The notes under the pieces are model-generated. The model worked only from the letters and a program-made list of their open reading frames with translations. It had not been told where the DNA came from and made no database searches. This document shows, piece after piece, positions 12,179 through 24,505 of a stretch of DNA of 64,000 bases. The position numbers and the translations under genes are program-made. Position 1 is the stretch's first letter. Each line of letters begins with the position of its first letter. This DNA comes from Macrostomum lignano (Eukaryota), in NCBI GenBank assembly GCA_002269645.1, contig NIVC01000368.1, forward strand, positions 186,001-250,000. Direction: 5' to 3'.

Positions 12179-12437
12179 AAAAGTGACCCCAGCCCACCTG
12201 CACCCCAGCAACCGCATACCAAAAGTGACCCCAGCCCACCTGCACCCCAGCAACCGCATACCAAAAGTGACCCCAGCCCACCTGCACCCCAGCAACCGCA
12301 TACCAAAAGTGACCCCAGCCCACCTGCACCCCAGCAACCACATACCAAAAGTGACCCCAGCCCACCTGCACCCCAGCAACCGCATACCAAAAGTGACCCC
12401 AGCCCACCTGCACCCCAGCAACCGCATACAAAAAGTG
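12179..12437. repeat. Minisatellite, 42-bp unit AAAAGTGACCCCAGCCCACCTGCACCCCAGCAACCGCATACC (~6 copies)
   Basis: Direct tandem copies. Confidence 0.97.
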
Positions 12438-12439
12438 CC

Positions 12440-12668
12440 GCAAGCCATCAGAGCTCAGCTGGAAGTCCGGATCGCGGAAACTCCCAGCTGCACCGGTGCC
12501 TCTCCACTTCACTCTGATCTCCTCCCGCTGCTCCGAGGCTCCGCCCAGCCAGTTCCCCGAGGGTCTCAGCGAGGCCTCCATGGAGTGGATTCGCCGATCA
12601 CCAGGCAGCGAAGCCGACAGACTGTTTGACTACCTGGCCTCGTGGCCTCGCGAGTTCCGGCAGGCGGG
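12440..12668 (+). other. Possible orphan coding exon
   Basis: GC-rich open frame (SEAPPSQFPEGLSEASMEWIRR...WPREFRQA) ending at a GG|GTGAG donor, flanked by minisatellites. Confidence 0.3.
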
Positions 12669-12717
12669 TGAGCCTAGTTAAATTAGTGGGTTTGTTGGCA
12701 ACGTCAGCAAATGTAAA

Positions 12718-12976
12718 CTGTTAGATACTGATGTCACCTGTTAGATACTGATGTCACCTGTTAGATACTGATGTCTCCTGTTAGATACTGATGTCACCTG
12801 TTAGATACTGATGTCACCTGTTAGATACTGATGTCACCTGTTAGATACTGATGTCACCTGTTAGATACTGATGTCTCCTGTTAGATACTGATGTCACCTG
12901 TTAGATACTGATGTCACCTGTTAGATACTGATGTCACCTGTTAGATACTGATGCCACCTGTTAGATACTGATGTCA
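12718..12976. repeat. Minisatellite, 20-bp unit CTGTTAGATACTGATGTCAC (~13 copies)
   Basis: Direct tandem copies. Confidence 0.97.
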
Positions 12977-13583
12977 AGTGTCGCTGGCAAACCTAAGCGG
13001 TCATTCGCCCTCCATTTGAGTTCAGCAATAGAAAAATCTTCAGTCAAAAGCATTTTTCTTCAAAATATTTGCCTCGCAGCTGCAAACTAAATTGAAAATC
13101 GTCAGAGAGCTCTGCTTGGCTTCCAAGCCTCAGCCCTGCCCTCCCTCCCCTCTCCATCTCTCTCCCCTTGTGTCTCAGCTGCCGCCCCTTCACCCCTGCC
13201 CACTGACAATGCACTTGCTATGCCGAGCACGCAGCGACAGTCAGCTCTCATTGTTTAACTCAGCAGAGCTCGCAGCATCCCACTGCTCCTGCATCTCTCA
13301 CCCCGCTGAGCAGAGCAGCTGCCGGACCCCCTGGCACCCAATCAGGCCTCAAACAGCCGCTGGGTCAGAGAAGAGAATCGGCCTCAGTCCATTTAAACAA
13401 ATTTCTCTGCACAGGGAGAGCTCAGAGATTTCAGTCCGTGACAACGGGACTTTTGCTGCTGCTGCTGAGCTGGCAGGCAAATTCGCTTGAAGAAGAGCAA
13501 AGCACTCAGTTTGAAGCCGTGTGGAACAGCTGCGGCAGACAGCAGATCGGCAGAGAAGCGCTGCTAGGAGAAGCAGTGTAGCC

Positions 13584-14434
13584 ATGGCAACAGAGATGGA
13601 GCGGAAGCTGAGAGCAGCGCTGGAGGCTGGAGACAGCGAGGAGCTGCAGCGACTGTGTCGTGAGGTCGGCAGAAACATCGAGCTGGAGGTGGGCAGCTTT
13701 GAACATACCTTACCGAAGGTTCGCCAAATGCCGCTGGTCCATCACGTGGCCTGCAAGCCGGTGAGTTCGTCGTGCCTGGAGCTGCTGATTAACAGATTCG
13801 GACCCAGCTGTCTGACACATAGAAATGACAGTGATCAGACTCCAGTGCACTTGGCAGCCCAGCATCAGGACGAGTCTTGGATGGAGCTGGTTAAAGAGAA
13901 GGGAGGCAGAGGCTGCTTGAGAATTGCCGATAGATGGGGACAGACAATCGCTCACTTTGCCGCTATGAACGGAAAAAGCAACTCTTGTCTGAAGTGGCTG
14001 GTGAAGGAGCTCGGCAGCGACTGTTTCACAGTTCCTGACGAAGACGGAGACACGGCCGTTCATTTGGCCGCTCAGCATCAGGGCATCGAGTCGCTGGAGA
14101 TGATCAAGAGACAGATCGGAACTGACTGCTTTCGGCTGAAAGGACTGTGTGATAGAACAGCATTTCACATTGCTGCTGAGAAGTCTGACAATTCAAATCT
14201 GAAGTGGCTGGTGAAGGAGGTCGGCAGCGACTGTCTCACAGTTCCTGACGAAGACGGTAACACGTCCGTCCATTTGGCTGCTCGGTGGCAGCCAGTCGAC
14301 TCTCTTCAGTTCATTTTTGACCAAATCGGAGCCGAAATGTTCAGCTTGAAGAACAACAAGGGCAAAACACCGGCTGATGAGATTTTTTGGTGCCGCACAG
14401 ACCAGTCAGCAAAGCGGGTATGGATTTCAGCTGG
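13584..14434 (+). CDS. Ankyrin-repeat/kinase gene, exon 1 (ankyrin repeats)
   Basis: Repeated DEDGDTAVHLAAQ, GQTIAHFAA, RTAFHIAA, GNTSVHLAA motifs; GTGAGT donor at 14435. Confidence 0.85.
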
Positions 14435-14939
14435 GTGAGTCCTGACTGAGAACTGCTGCCTGAACTGCTGCCTACTGGAAATATTGTTGGCGAAAAGTCA
14501 TTGAAATTCTCAGCAGCGCCACAGCCAAGCGAGGGCGTCACGAATTTGTTACGGCAGCTCCTCATGGCACCTCCACCCTCCCCAAAGCGCCCCACCCTCC
14601 CTATAATTGGCGCCCCGACCCCCATCCACAGATCAATTTGCAGGAGGAGCTACCATGAAGGAATAGTATGGATGGCTAATCTAGCCTACAATGAAGGACT
14701 TTAGCACAAAGACAGTTTAAGTGCCTGTCGTCATGGTGACCCATCAATATTTAACGATTGTGAAACTCTTCGACTTTTTGTATAAAACTGCTTGATTGGC
14801 TGAGATGACTTATTGGCGATAAGCCACCTGTAATGCAAAAACTAGCAAAGCCGGAAGTGACACGGTGATACTCAATATCCTGGGACTCTCATTTTCTCCG
14901 TTCTGAGCTCAAAAGAGCATGAGGTGGCAGTGACGCAAA

Positions 14940-15414
14940 AAGGTGGTGATGCAGAAGGGTGGTGACGCAGAAGGGTGGTGATGCAGAAGGGTGCAGTGAC
15001 GCAGAAGGGTGGTGACGCAGAAGGGTGGTGACACAGAAGGGTGGTGATGCAGAAGGGTGGTGATGCAGAAGGGTGGTGATGCAGAAGGGTGGTGATGCAG
15101 AAGGGTGGTGATGCAGAAGGGTGCAGTGACACAGAAGGGTGGTGATGCAGAAGGGTGCAGTGACGCAGAAGGGTGGTGATGCAGAAGGGTGGTGATGCAG
15201 AAGGGTGGTGATGCAGAAGGGTGCAGTGACGCAGAAGGGTGGTGATGCAGAAGGGTGGTGATGCAGAAGGGTGGTGATGCAGAAGGGTGGTGATGCAGAA
15301 GGGTGGTGATGCAGAAGGGTGGTGATGCAGAAGGGTGGTGATGCAGAAGGGTGCAGTGACGCAGAAGGGTGGTGACGCAGAAGGGTGCAGTGACGCAGAA
15401 GGGTGGTGACGCAG
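14940..15414. repeat. Intronic minisatellite, 16-bp unit GCAGAAGGGTGGTGAT
   Basis: About 29 copies; the last CAG (15412-15414) gives an in-frame acceptor. Confidence 0.95.
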
Positions 15415-15887
15415 AAGGCTGAGTGACTCCAAAGTACTCAGAAAGCCCCAAGCAACACAAAACTCATCGAATTCCTTCACATCATGTTTCAGCGCCAAGA
15501 AGCAGCTGGATCCCAGCTTCACCGACTGGGACTTCATCCTGCAGGACGACAAGAAGCAGCTCATCGGCCGTGGTGCCTTCGGCAAGGTGTTCAAGGCCCT
15601 CACAGACCGCAACCAGACGGTGGCTGTCAAAGTACTGCCTCTGTGCCAAGCTCAACAAGGGAAGAAATACCGAGGAACTGAAGAAAAAACTTCTGATAGA
15701 GAAGCGGGGAGTTGACATCATCAAGCGACTCTCGCATCCCAACATTGTGCAGTTCCTCAAGTGCGAGCAGAAGTCGGATGGGCTGTACATCTTCACCGAG
15801 CTGGTCTCGGGTCACAGCCTCTTTGAGCTGATGCAGCGTCAGAACAAGCCGTTCAAGGAGTCCGGGGTCAGGGACTTCTCCAGACAG
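15415..15887 (+). CDS. Ankyrin/kinase gene, exon 2 (kinase N-lobe), one frameshift near 15645
   Basis: IGRGAFGKVF and VAVK in one frame; LSHPNIVQF and IFTELV in the +1 frame; donor GTGCGT at 15888; exon start inferred from phase. Confidence 0.75.
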
Positions 15888-16068
15888 GTGCGTCTCTGAG
15901 TTCTCTAGGATTGCCTGACATGGGTGGGATCAGTGTGGGATCAGCGTGAGATCAGTGTGGGATTAGTATGGGATTAGTGTGGGATCAGGTATGGAGTCAG
16001 TGTGGGTGGGATCCAGAATGATTTTATGATTTTAACAATTTTATGACTCAGAACTTCTCAACCTGCAG

Positions 16069-16554
16069 ATCTGCTCAGGCCTGAACTTCCTGCACTGCCA
16101 GCCGCAGGGCGCCATCTTGCACCGTGATATCAAGAGCTCCAATGCGATGCTCACAAACGAGGGTGTCATCAAGCTGATCGACTTTGGTCTCGCCAAGGAG
16201 ATCGTCGGTACCTGCGGCCTGAGCACAGGCGTCGATCCCAAAGGCACCTGGCACTTCATGGCGCCCGAGCTGTTCATGGGCGAGGACGACTCGATTCCGT
16301 ACTCAGCCAAGACCGACGTGTGGGCCTTCGGCTGCACCGTGTATGAGCTGACGGCCATGCAGCCTCCTGACGCGAACGTTCCGCAAAGCAGGATCGGCGT
16401 TTTGAGGTGCGGAGGGCGGGCGATGCCTCGGATTTCGGACGGGTTCTCAGCCGGCCTGAAGGACTTCTACCTCAGGTGCGTAGACTATGACCCGAGGAAG
16501 CGAGCGGACACCGCGGAGCTGCTGCGGCACAGCTTCCTGAGTGCCTCATCGTGA
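16069..16554 (+). CDS. Ankyrin/kinase gene, exon 3 (STE/MAP3K-like C-lobe)
   Basis: [34 protein letters not shown]; acceptor CTGCAG ending 16068. Confidence 0.9.
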   Translation: MCSGLNFLHCQPQGAILHRDIKSSNAMLTNEGVIKLIDFGLAKEIVGTCGLSTGVDPKGTWHFMAPELFMGEDDSIPYSAKTDVWAFGCTVYELTAMQPPDANVPQSRIGVLRCGGRAMPRISDGFSAGLKDFYLRCVDYDPRKRADTAELLRHSFLSASS

Positions 16555-17099
16555 CTGCGAGAGCGACGGGCTGTGAGGGAGCGGAGCGACTCTTGAAGCG
16601 GGCGGCTTTGCTTGCCGACGTTGTCTGTTTTTGCTTTTCCGATTGCCCTTTTATTTATCTGATTGCATATTTTTAAATCAATTGTTTTTTGTTTATCCGC
16701 CTTTTTTGTTTGAATTGCTCAGAGTTTGAACTTAGAATTGTTTTGTCTATCAATTGTCTTGATTTGACTGCAGGGTTTGTTTTACCGGTTGCTCCTTTCA
16801 ATCAATGAGACATTTTTGTGCTGCCTCGAGTGCCATTTCAGTTTGAAGCTGATAAATGTTAATTTTGAAACTCTGGCACAAAGCCAGTCACAATTTCCCC
16901 AATATGCACAGACTGCTCAATGCCTACTCCATATTTTCTGTTGCCGAGAATTCTTCACATTTTTAGCCACCGGTTCGGCGCTTTTCCGGCTCTGATTTTT
17001 GTATTTGATTTTTGGACTGACTTTTTATTAGCAACTGTTGGAGCAGGAAGTCCAGTGCTTTCTCAAGAGTTCTCAGTTAAATAATAGAGACACCGTTTG

Positions 17100-17372
17100 G
17101 CTTGCCGTGACCCGCTGTGTCCTGACTTGCCGTGACCCGCTGTGTCCTGACTTGCCGTGACCCGCTGTGTCCTGACTTGCCGTGACCCGCTGTGTCCTGA
17201 CTTGCCGTGACCCGCTGTGTCCTGACTTGCCGTGACCCGCTGTGTCCTGACTTGCCGTGACCCGCTGTGTCCTGACTTGCCGTGACCCGCTGTGTCCTGA
17301 CTTGCCGTGACCCGCTGTGTCCTGACTTGCCGTGACACGCTGTGTCCTGACTTGCCGTGACCCGCTGTGTCC
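17100..17372. repeat. Minisatellite, 25-bp unit CTTGCCGTGACCCGCTGTGTCCTGA (~11 copies)
   Basis: Direct tandem copies. Confidence 0.97.
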
Positions 17373-17604
17373 CATTTCATATTTCAATATTTCGCAGCAT
17401 CATTTCTGAACCCCACTCAGTGCAATGCACAGAACAGGTGGGGAAGGCAGATCTGATGAAGCAGGCATGCAGTGAAGCTGGCCATTGTTTTCAAAGGGCT
17501 TGCAGTGTCATGAGGTCTGAGGCTGCCTCACGGCTCGGCCCCTCACGCAGTGAGCAGGAGATGTGCAGAGCCCTTAACTGCACAGACGCTGCAGAGCTGC
17601 TCCA

Positions 17605-17618
17605 GTTGCCATGGCAAC
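17605..17618. promoter_or_regulatory. Perfect RFX X-box GTTGCCATGGCAAC
   Basis: Exact palindromic match to the X-box consensus. Confidence 0.55.
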
Positions 17619-18048
17619 GGGGGAGACTCGAGCTCGGAAAGACGCAGAGAAGTCTGTGGACAGCTGAGCAATGTGCTCACCTGGAGGCTGGGCGGTGCGG
17701 CTGGTTGCTTCATCTGCACAAAAGTGTGTTCAAACGAGCATCAGCCATTCTGTGCATCTCTTTTGAACAGCTGACGCTGCATCAATGATGCTGGCAGGCA
17801 CTTGAGTCTGTGCTCACTCAGTGCACTGTGCAATGTACATAAATAAGTGTTTACAGTGGCTTCCAATGCATTGAACTGAGACAGTGGCGGGGCATGAGGG
17901 CTGCTCAGTCACCTGCTCAGCTGCTCAGGCGCCGCTGTTTTGAGCAGGAAAATGAGAATAAAACCGCATTTCTGCTTTTATTTGGACCGGATTGGGTGGG
18001 GAAAAACTTTTGAGACTATTCTGGGTAGCAGAGTGTGGTTTAAACTGA

Positions 18049-20285
18049 ATGCACACTCAAAGAATCAAAGGCATCACGGCGCGAATGGAGCTGATTGACG
18101 GAGCGCAACCACAGTTCTGCAGAGCTCGGCTCGTGCCACTTGCGCTGGAGGAGAAGATTAACACGGAGCTCGACCGGCTACAACAGCTGAGCGTGAAAAA
18201 ATCAGACGATTTGCTACGCATGTGTGCGGACTATAAAATACATGTAAACAAAAAGATCAAGTCAGAGTCTTACCATATACCGTCGATTGAGTACCTGCTC
18301 TCTAAACTGAAAATGCAAAAAAGTTTGCAAAGATAGATCTGAGATCGGCGTATTGGCAAATCGCTCTGGATAAGGAGGAATTGTCCAACATCAACACATC
18401 CCGGGGCCATATCGCGTCACGCGTCTTCAAATGGGGATGAAAAATGCATCCTTTATATTTCAAAGAGCGATGGAGAGCATTTTGGCCGATCTCAAAGGCA
18501 TTCTGATTTACCAGGAGACTCGGCTGCTGGAAAAGAAGGTTACGATCAATGAGAGCAAATGCATCAATATGAGTGACGAGATCTCTTTCCTCGGCTTTAA
18601 GGTTTCCGCCGCTGGCATATGGCCAGACGATCGGTTGGTTGAGAAAGTGCGCCAATTTGCTCCGCCGACATCCAAAAAGGAGAATGAGCAGTTTCTCAGA
18701 CTCGTTAACTTCTTTGGGCGCCTGATCCCAGAGTTCTCATCAAAGGTCGCTCCACTTAACAAGCTGCGTAAGTCAGGCGCCGCCTTCGTGTGGACCGACG
18801 AATGCCAACGTGCATTTGACCAACCTAAAAAAGAGCTCTCTTCTCAGCCGGTCGTTCAGCCATACAGTCTTGATAAGGAAGCGACTTTGACCACCGATGC
18901 ATCCAAAGGGGCTCTTGCCGGTGTCCTGACTCAGGAGGGTCACCCTGTAATTTATATTTCCAGGACTCTATCGGAGGCCATTGTCTGGGCTGTCTCTCGT
19001 TTGAAGCATTACCTACAAGGTTGAAAGTTTGAGATCCACACTGACCATCAGCCGCTGCTCCGGCTCTATGGTGGCAGCATTCCTACCGGCACCTCGGCGA
19101 GAATAAGCAGATGGGCACTTTCGCTGATGCAGTTTAATTTCGAAATCAAATACATCCCAGGCTCAAAAATTCCTCATGCCGACGCTCTGTCTCGGCTGTC
19201 TTTTCTGAACGGCAAGCAAGACAAAGAACCCCCCGAAACAGCTCAGGCAATTAACTGCGTCACCTTTGAAACTTCGACTATCGACTCCACCCGCATTGCT
19301 TCAGAGTTGGCTGGCGATCCCCTCATGCCGAGAATTTTGAGCCGAATTCGCTCAGGTGATTGGAAAGGCTGTTCAGAGGCTGTTACCTTTCAAGAAGATT
19401 TCGGAGTGCCTGACGCTCGAGAACGGGACTACTGTACATGCGTCGACGAGTTTTTATCCCTCTGCGTCTTCGGATATAGGCCTTTAATGCCATCCACGAC
19501 ACCCACTCAGGCGTGGCTGCAGCCTATAGCCTTCTTTCGCTATCGTGCTGGTGGCCCGGCATGCAGAAGGACGTCGAGCAGTTCGTGCACCAGTGTTCCG
19601 TCTGCAATTGACTGCAGCCACGCCTATTGAAAATGAGGGATCACTGGCCACCCGCAACAATATCATTCCAGAGGGTCCACATTGACTGGGCATTCGTACA
19701 AGAAGCAGGAAATCTGCTAATTGTGGTTGACGCGCATACTCGGGTTGGATCGAAGCATTTCCTTCACCGGACAGGTCCGCAGCCAATGTAGTGAAGTCCT
19801 GGCTTCGGGCTAATGGAGCGCAAAAAATGGAAACACCCCCTACTCGCCGCAGTCGAATGGCACAGCTGAAAGAGCCGTTCAGACTGTAAAAAGGGCTTTG
19901 CAAGCTGGACCCAGTGACTAACCCACTCCGATTTCACCGCCTTTCTGCAGAAAGTCCTTCTCCACCATCGCAATTCATCCAACGCGCGTGCATGGTTCGA
20001 CGCCCGCTGAACTGGTCTTTGGTCGTCGGCTGCGCGTCCCGGTAGTTTCAACCTTCCAGCAAGGCGACCTCGTTGGCTACAAGGCAAAGCGGACACTCCC
20101 ACCAGAGATGCAGAATTTCTGATGACCCAGGGACAGAACACCTCCTGGTTGCTAGCGGACAATGCGCTTTGGTCAGCAACAATCAACTCGCGCCTCTGAG
20201 CCACAGGCTGCACAGGCCATACCGACACGGAGGAGCGAGCGAATTCGAATGGAACCCGACCGCCACAGGCCATAGAATCTGACAC
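18049..20285 (+). pseudogene. Decayed Ty3/gypsy (Mag-like) pol: RT, RNase H, integrase remnants
   Basis: DLRSAYWQI, MGMKNASFIFQRAM, TDASKG, TDHQPL, HADALSRL, RVHIDWA; stops, frameshifts, and the YxDD segment is deleted. Confidence 0.88.
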
Positions 20286-21380
20286 GTAGCTATCCCAATG
20301 AACCAGTTTAATAACTCACTATGTTGTGTCACAGACTACTTTAAGTTCAGATCAGAGCCACGTGTTCAGGCTCCCAGACGCTTTACCCAGTTTATATTCG
20401 TTGTTACATGTATAATCTATGAAGGCTTTTCTCCGGAGGGGTGCATGACATGGATCGGCTATGCTATTGTTTCTGTTTGCGTTTCTGCAATTCTAAGTTT
20501 TCGTAGTTCTGTCAATGTGCTAAAGTGTTGCAACGGTTAAAAGTACTTTAAGTTAGTAGACAGGAGTGTAAGACAACTTTTTGGCTTTGTTAAATTTCTC
20601 CATGACCCAATCAATTATTTCCGCCCCCCAACCAAGGCTTCTGTCCTGCGGCATTTTGACTGACACCCGCAAGAACCTCAAACAGGTCAGGCGACTTTGA
20701 GCATGATGGGGCTGCCTGAATCTCGGTTGGATTCTGCTCAATGCTCATGCACTCCATCTCAGAGAGTCGTGCACCTGCTTTGGACTGCACCAAGTTGGTG
20801 GCCCTTTTCGTAGATACGTTTCTTAAAAAATCGAAATCAAGTTCAAATTAAGACAAACCAAACTTTTAAACTTTAACGCGGAATAAACTCAAGTCTGCTA
20901 ATTTTTTAATAATTTCAGCAGAAATAAACACCGTGTATCTGAAATTTGATAATTTATGCACATGCTGTAACTATTAAGAAAATGCAATTTCTTTTCCATT
21001 GGAAAATGCGACTGTAACTTTAAAGTACAAGTGCACTCATATTCAATTTTACAAGAACGTTAATAAATTTTACCGTAAATAAAACAAAACAGAGCACACA
21101 AAGCAGGGTTATTTTTAGAATAAAAAATGCAGAACGAAAAATTTGTTATAAATTTATCAAAGACATCCAAGTAAATAAGCATACTGCGTACATACTACTT
21201 ATTAGCATTTCTCGGTCAACAGTGCCCTAAAAATCCCAATTTCATTGTCCTTAATCCCATAATTGCAGAGTTGCCGTGCCATCATCCTTGTCCTTTAATA
21301 TGAATTGAATCCGAATTTCTGAACACTCTCCAGATTCAATTCTGATTAAAAAATCGACACCGACTCAGAGTCACAAATTG

Positions 21381-21852
21381 TGAGCACAGTTTAATCAACC
21401 CAAGCTTATTAAGCACAGTTTAACCAACTCAGGCTTACTCAGCACAATTCAACCAACTCAGGCTTACTGAGCACAGTTTAACCAACTCAGGCTTACTGAG
21501 CACAGTTTAACCAACTCAGGCTTACTCAGCACAATTCAACCAACTCAGGCTTACTGAGCACAGTTTAACCAACTCAGGCTTACTGAGCACAGTTTAACCA
21601 ACTCAGGCTTACTGAGCACAGTTTAACCAACTCAGGCTTACTGAGCACAGTTTAACCAACTCAGGCTTATTGAGCACAGTTTAACCAACTCAGGCTTACT
21701 GAGCACAGCTTAACCAACTCAGGCTTACTGAGCACAGCTTAACCAACTCAGTCTTACTGAGCACAGTTTAACCAACTCAGACTTATTGAGCACAGTTTAA
21801 CCAACTCAGGCTTACTCAGCACAATTCAACCAACTCAGGCTTATCAAGCACT
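21381..21852. repeat. Minisatellite, 29-bp unit GAGCACAGTTTAACCAACTCAGGCTTACT (~16 copies)
   Basis: Direct tandem copies just past the PALB2-like stop codon. Confidence 0.97.
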
Positions 21853-21868
21853 TGAACAACAGCTGCAG

Positions 21869-22671
21869 TCAGTCAATGCAAAGACACAAGCCGCTGTCAC
21901 CCGAAGCACACGGCAGCAGGCACAGCTGCATCGGGCAATGGTTCACCAGCAGCCGATGGAGCTGAGACGCCAGTCTCCAGCTGCAGCAATCGGACAGACA
22001 GGCGGACTGGAAGCCACAGCTGCCGTACTCCAACCGATGCAGCCTGCCGCTGTCTATGGCCAAGAGTCGGCCGGGTCGGAGACAAACCACATCTGCCCAC
22101 CGATGCAGCGGCTCAGACTCGCGGCTCAAGCGGAACCGGCTGATTAGACAGGTGCCAGACGGTAATGATTTATGATCATTACTGATTTTTGAGCACAGCA
22201 ACAAGACTTCGCTGTTGTCAGCCGACAGCAAGTGGCATAGCAACAATCGATCCTTGAGTCTGAACTCGCACCAAATGAGACAGCAGTCAGCAATGTGCTG
22301 CTCACTGCTGAATTCTTCGCAATAAATATTAATAACTGTGTCCGGCACTGACTGGACTTCAGCTGGCGCAGTCAGGCAGCAGTGGATTTGATGGCAGCGG
22401 CAGCACAGCCAGGCAATGCTGGATTCGAGTCCCGCAATTTTCAAACCCCTGTGCCTGCTGGGATCGCCTTGGATGCCATCGGCTCTGCACGAGACTGCAC
22501 AGCTGATCTGGCAGTTCAACAATCTTCGCTCAACAAAGCAGCAGTTCGCGTCCAGCAGCACCGCCTCTCCATCGCCCACGAGCCAGCCGAGTCCGCTTGA
22601 GGATGCAGAAATAACTGTAGAAGCTGTGGGGATAAAATCCACGCTGCTGCCACCTGACCAGGGAAGCGCGC
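21869..22671 (-). CDS. PALB2: PALB2-like gene, exon 2 (WD40-like propeller)
   Basis: LTAPAEVQSVPDTVI resembles recalled PALB2 LTFAEVQGMQEALL; C-terminal HRWADVVCLRPGRLLAIDSGRLHRLEY resembles the last PALB2 blade; phase-1 CAG acceptor at 22673-22672. Confidence 0.6.
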
Positions 22672-22704
22672 CTGCGGATTGGTGGGGCAAATGGTGGATT
22701 GTTA

Positions 22705-23778
22705 ACTATGGTAGCTTAATCTGGTATCTGGGAGGCTGGTAGCTTTATCTGGTATCTGGGAGGCTGGTAGCTTAATCTGGTATCTGAGAGGCTGGTAGCT
22801 TAATCTGGTATCTGGGAGGCTGGTAGCTTTATCTGGTATCTGGTAGGCTGGGAGCTTATTCTGGGGATCTGGGAGGCTGGGAGCTTAATCTGGGGATCTG
22901 GGAGGCTGGGAGCTTAATCTGGGGATCTGGGAGGCTGGGAGCTTAATCTGGGGATCTGGGAGGCTGGGAGCTTAATCTGGGGATCTGGAGGCTGGTAGCT
23001 TAATCTGGGGATCTGGGAGGCTGGGAGCTTAATCTGGGGATCTGGAGGCTGGTAGCTTAATCTGGGGATCTGGGAGGCTGGGAGCTTAATCTGGGGATCT
23101 GGGAGGCTGGGAGCTTAATCTGGGGATCTGGGAGGCTGGTAGCTTAATCTGGTATCTGGTATCTGGTAGGCTGGGAGCTTAATCTGGGGATCTGGGAGGC
23201 TGGGAGCTTATTCTGGGGATCTGGGAGGCTGGTAGCTTAATCTAGGGATCTGGGAGGCTGGGAGCTTAATCTGGGGATCTGGGAGGCTGGGAGCTTAATC
23301 TGGGGATCTGGGAGGCTGGGAGCTTAATCTGGGGATCTGGGAGGCTGGGAGCTTAATCTGGGGATCTGGAGGCTGGTAGCTTAATCTGGGGATCTGGGAG
23401 GCTGGGAGCTTAATCTGGGGATCTGGAGGCTGGTAGCTTAATCTGGGGATCTGGGAGGCTGGGAGCTTAATCTGGGGATCTGGGAGGCTGGGAGCTTAAT
23501 CTGGGGATCTGGGAGGCTGGTAGCTTAATCTGGTATCTGGTATCTGGTAGGCTGGGAGCTTAATCTGGGGATCTGGGAGGCTGGGAGCTTATTCTGGGGA
23601 TCTGGGAGGCTGGTAGCTTAATCTAGGGATCTGGGAGGCTGGGAGCTTAATCTGGGGATCTGGGAGGCTGGGAGCTTAATCTGGGGATCTGGGAGGCTGG
23701 GAGCTTAATCTGGGGATCTGGGAGGCTGGGAGCTTAATCTGGGGATCTGGGAGGCTGGGAGCTTAATCTGGGGATCTG
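22705..23778. repeat. Intronic minisatellite, 29-bp unit GGGAGCTTAATCTGGGGATCTGGGAGGCT (~36 copies)
   Basis: Fills almost the entire PALB2-like intron. Confidence 0.97.
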
Positions 23779-23799
23779 GTTATGGCGGCTGCAGCTCAC

Positions 23800-24505
23800 C
23801 CATCAGCTGCCAATGAGGCCAAGAATGGTCGCCAGTGTCGCAAGTGCCCAGCTCTGTCAGCATGAGAGCCACAGCCTGGGGATAAGCTACAGCCAGGAGG
23901 ATTCGCCCAGCAACAGCCCGGCAACACTTGGCAACAACGCATCGGCCCAGGCTGAGCTGTCGAACTCGATCACCGGCCAGCACGCTCACACAGTCCGCTC
24001 CGGTGTCCAGCACAACCACACTGCCGAACTCCTCGCTAGAAGTAGCGCACATGACTTCAGTCCTACCCTGGTCTTGGTTGCCATAACAACCGGGTGCCAA
24101 ACTGAGAGCCCGTATCTCGCAACAGGCGAAACAAGATTCTGCATCAACATCGACAGGATCTACCTGCTGGTTGCCATGGTAACTAACAGGCACTGTAGCC
24201 TGGCATCCCGGGTCAGTTTTATCCCGAATGGTGACGTCATTATCATCGCATTTGATTTCAAACAAATCGCCGCTTGTGTCCATTGGGATTATGACGTCAT
24301 CAGTTACTTGATCGATTACGTCATTCTCCTGATTAGATTTAGAAGTGGCCGCATCGGCAGAGGCCGCGTGTCCTTCGCTTCTTTCCAAAAGCCGCCGCTT
24401 TTTATGCAATTCTTTGGTCAACTGCTCGAGCTTAGCGGCCAGAGCGTCTTTGGCTTGGCGGCTGCTGCTGTTGCTGCTTTTGCTGCCACAAATGTTGGCA
24501 CTCAT
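23800..24505 (-). CDS. PALB2: PALB2-like gene, exon 1 (N-terminal coiled coil plus start of WD40)
   Basis: KDALAAKLEQLTKELHKKRRLLERSE aligns with recalled PALB2 [26 protein letters not shown]; ATG at 24505; G|GTGAG donor; spliced ORF is 502 aa. Confidence 0.6.

Noticed and set aside
14872-15630. Minus-strand ORFs across the kinase intron and exon 2
   Set aside because: Antisense shadow of the kinase plus repeat translation
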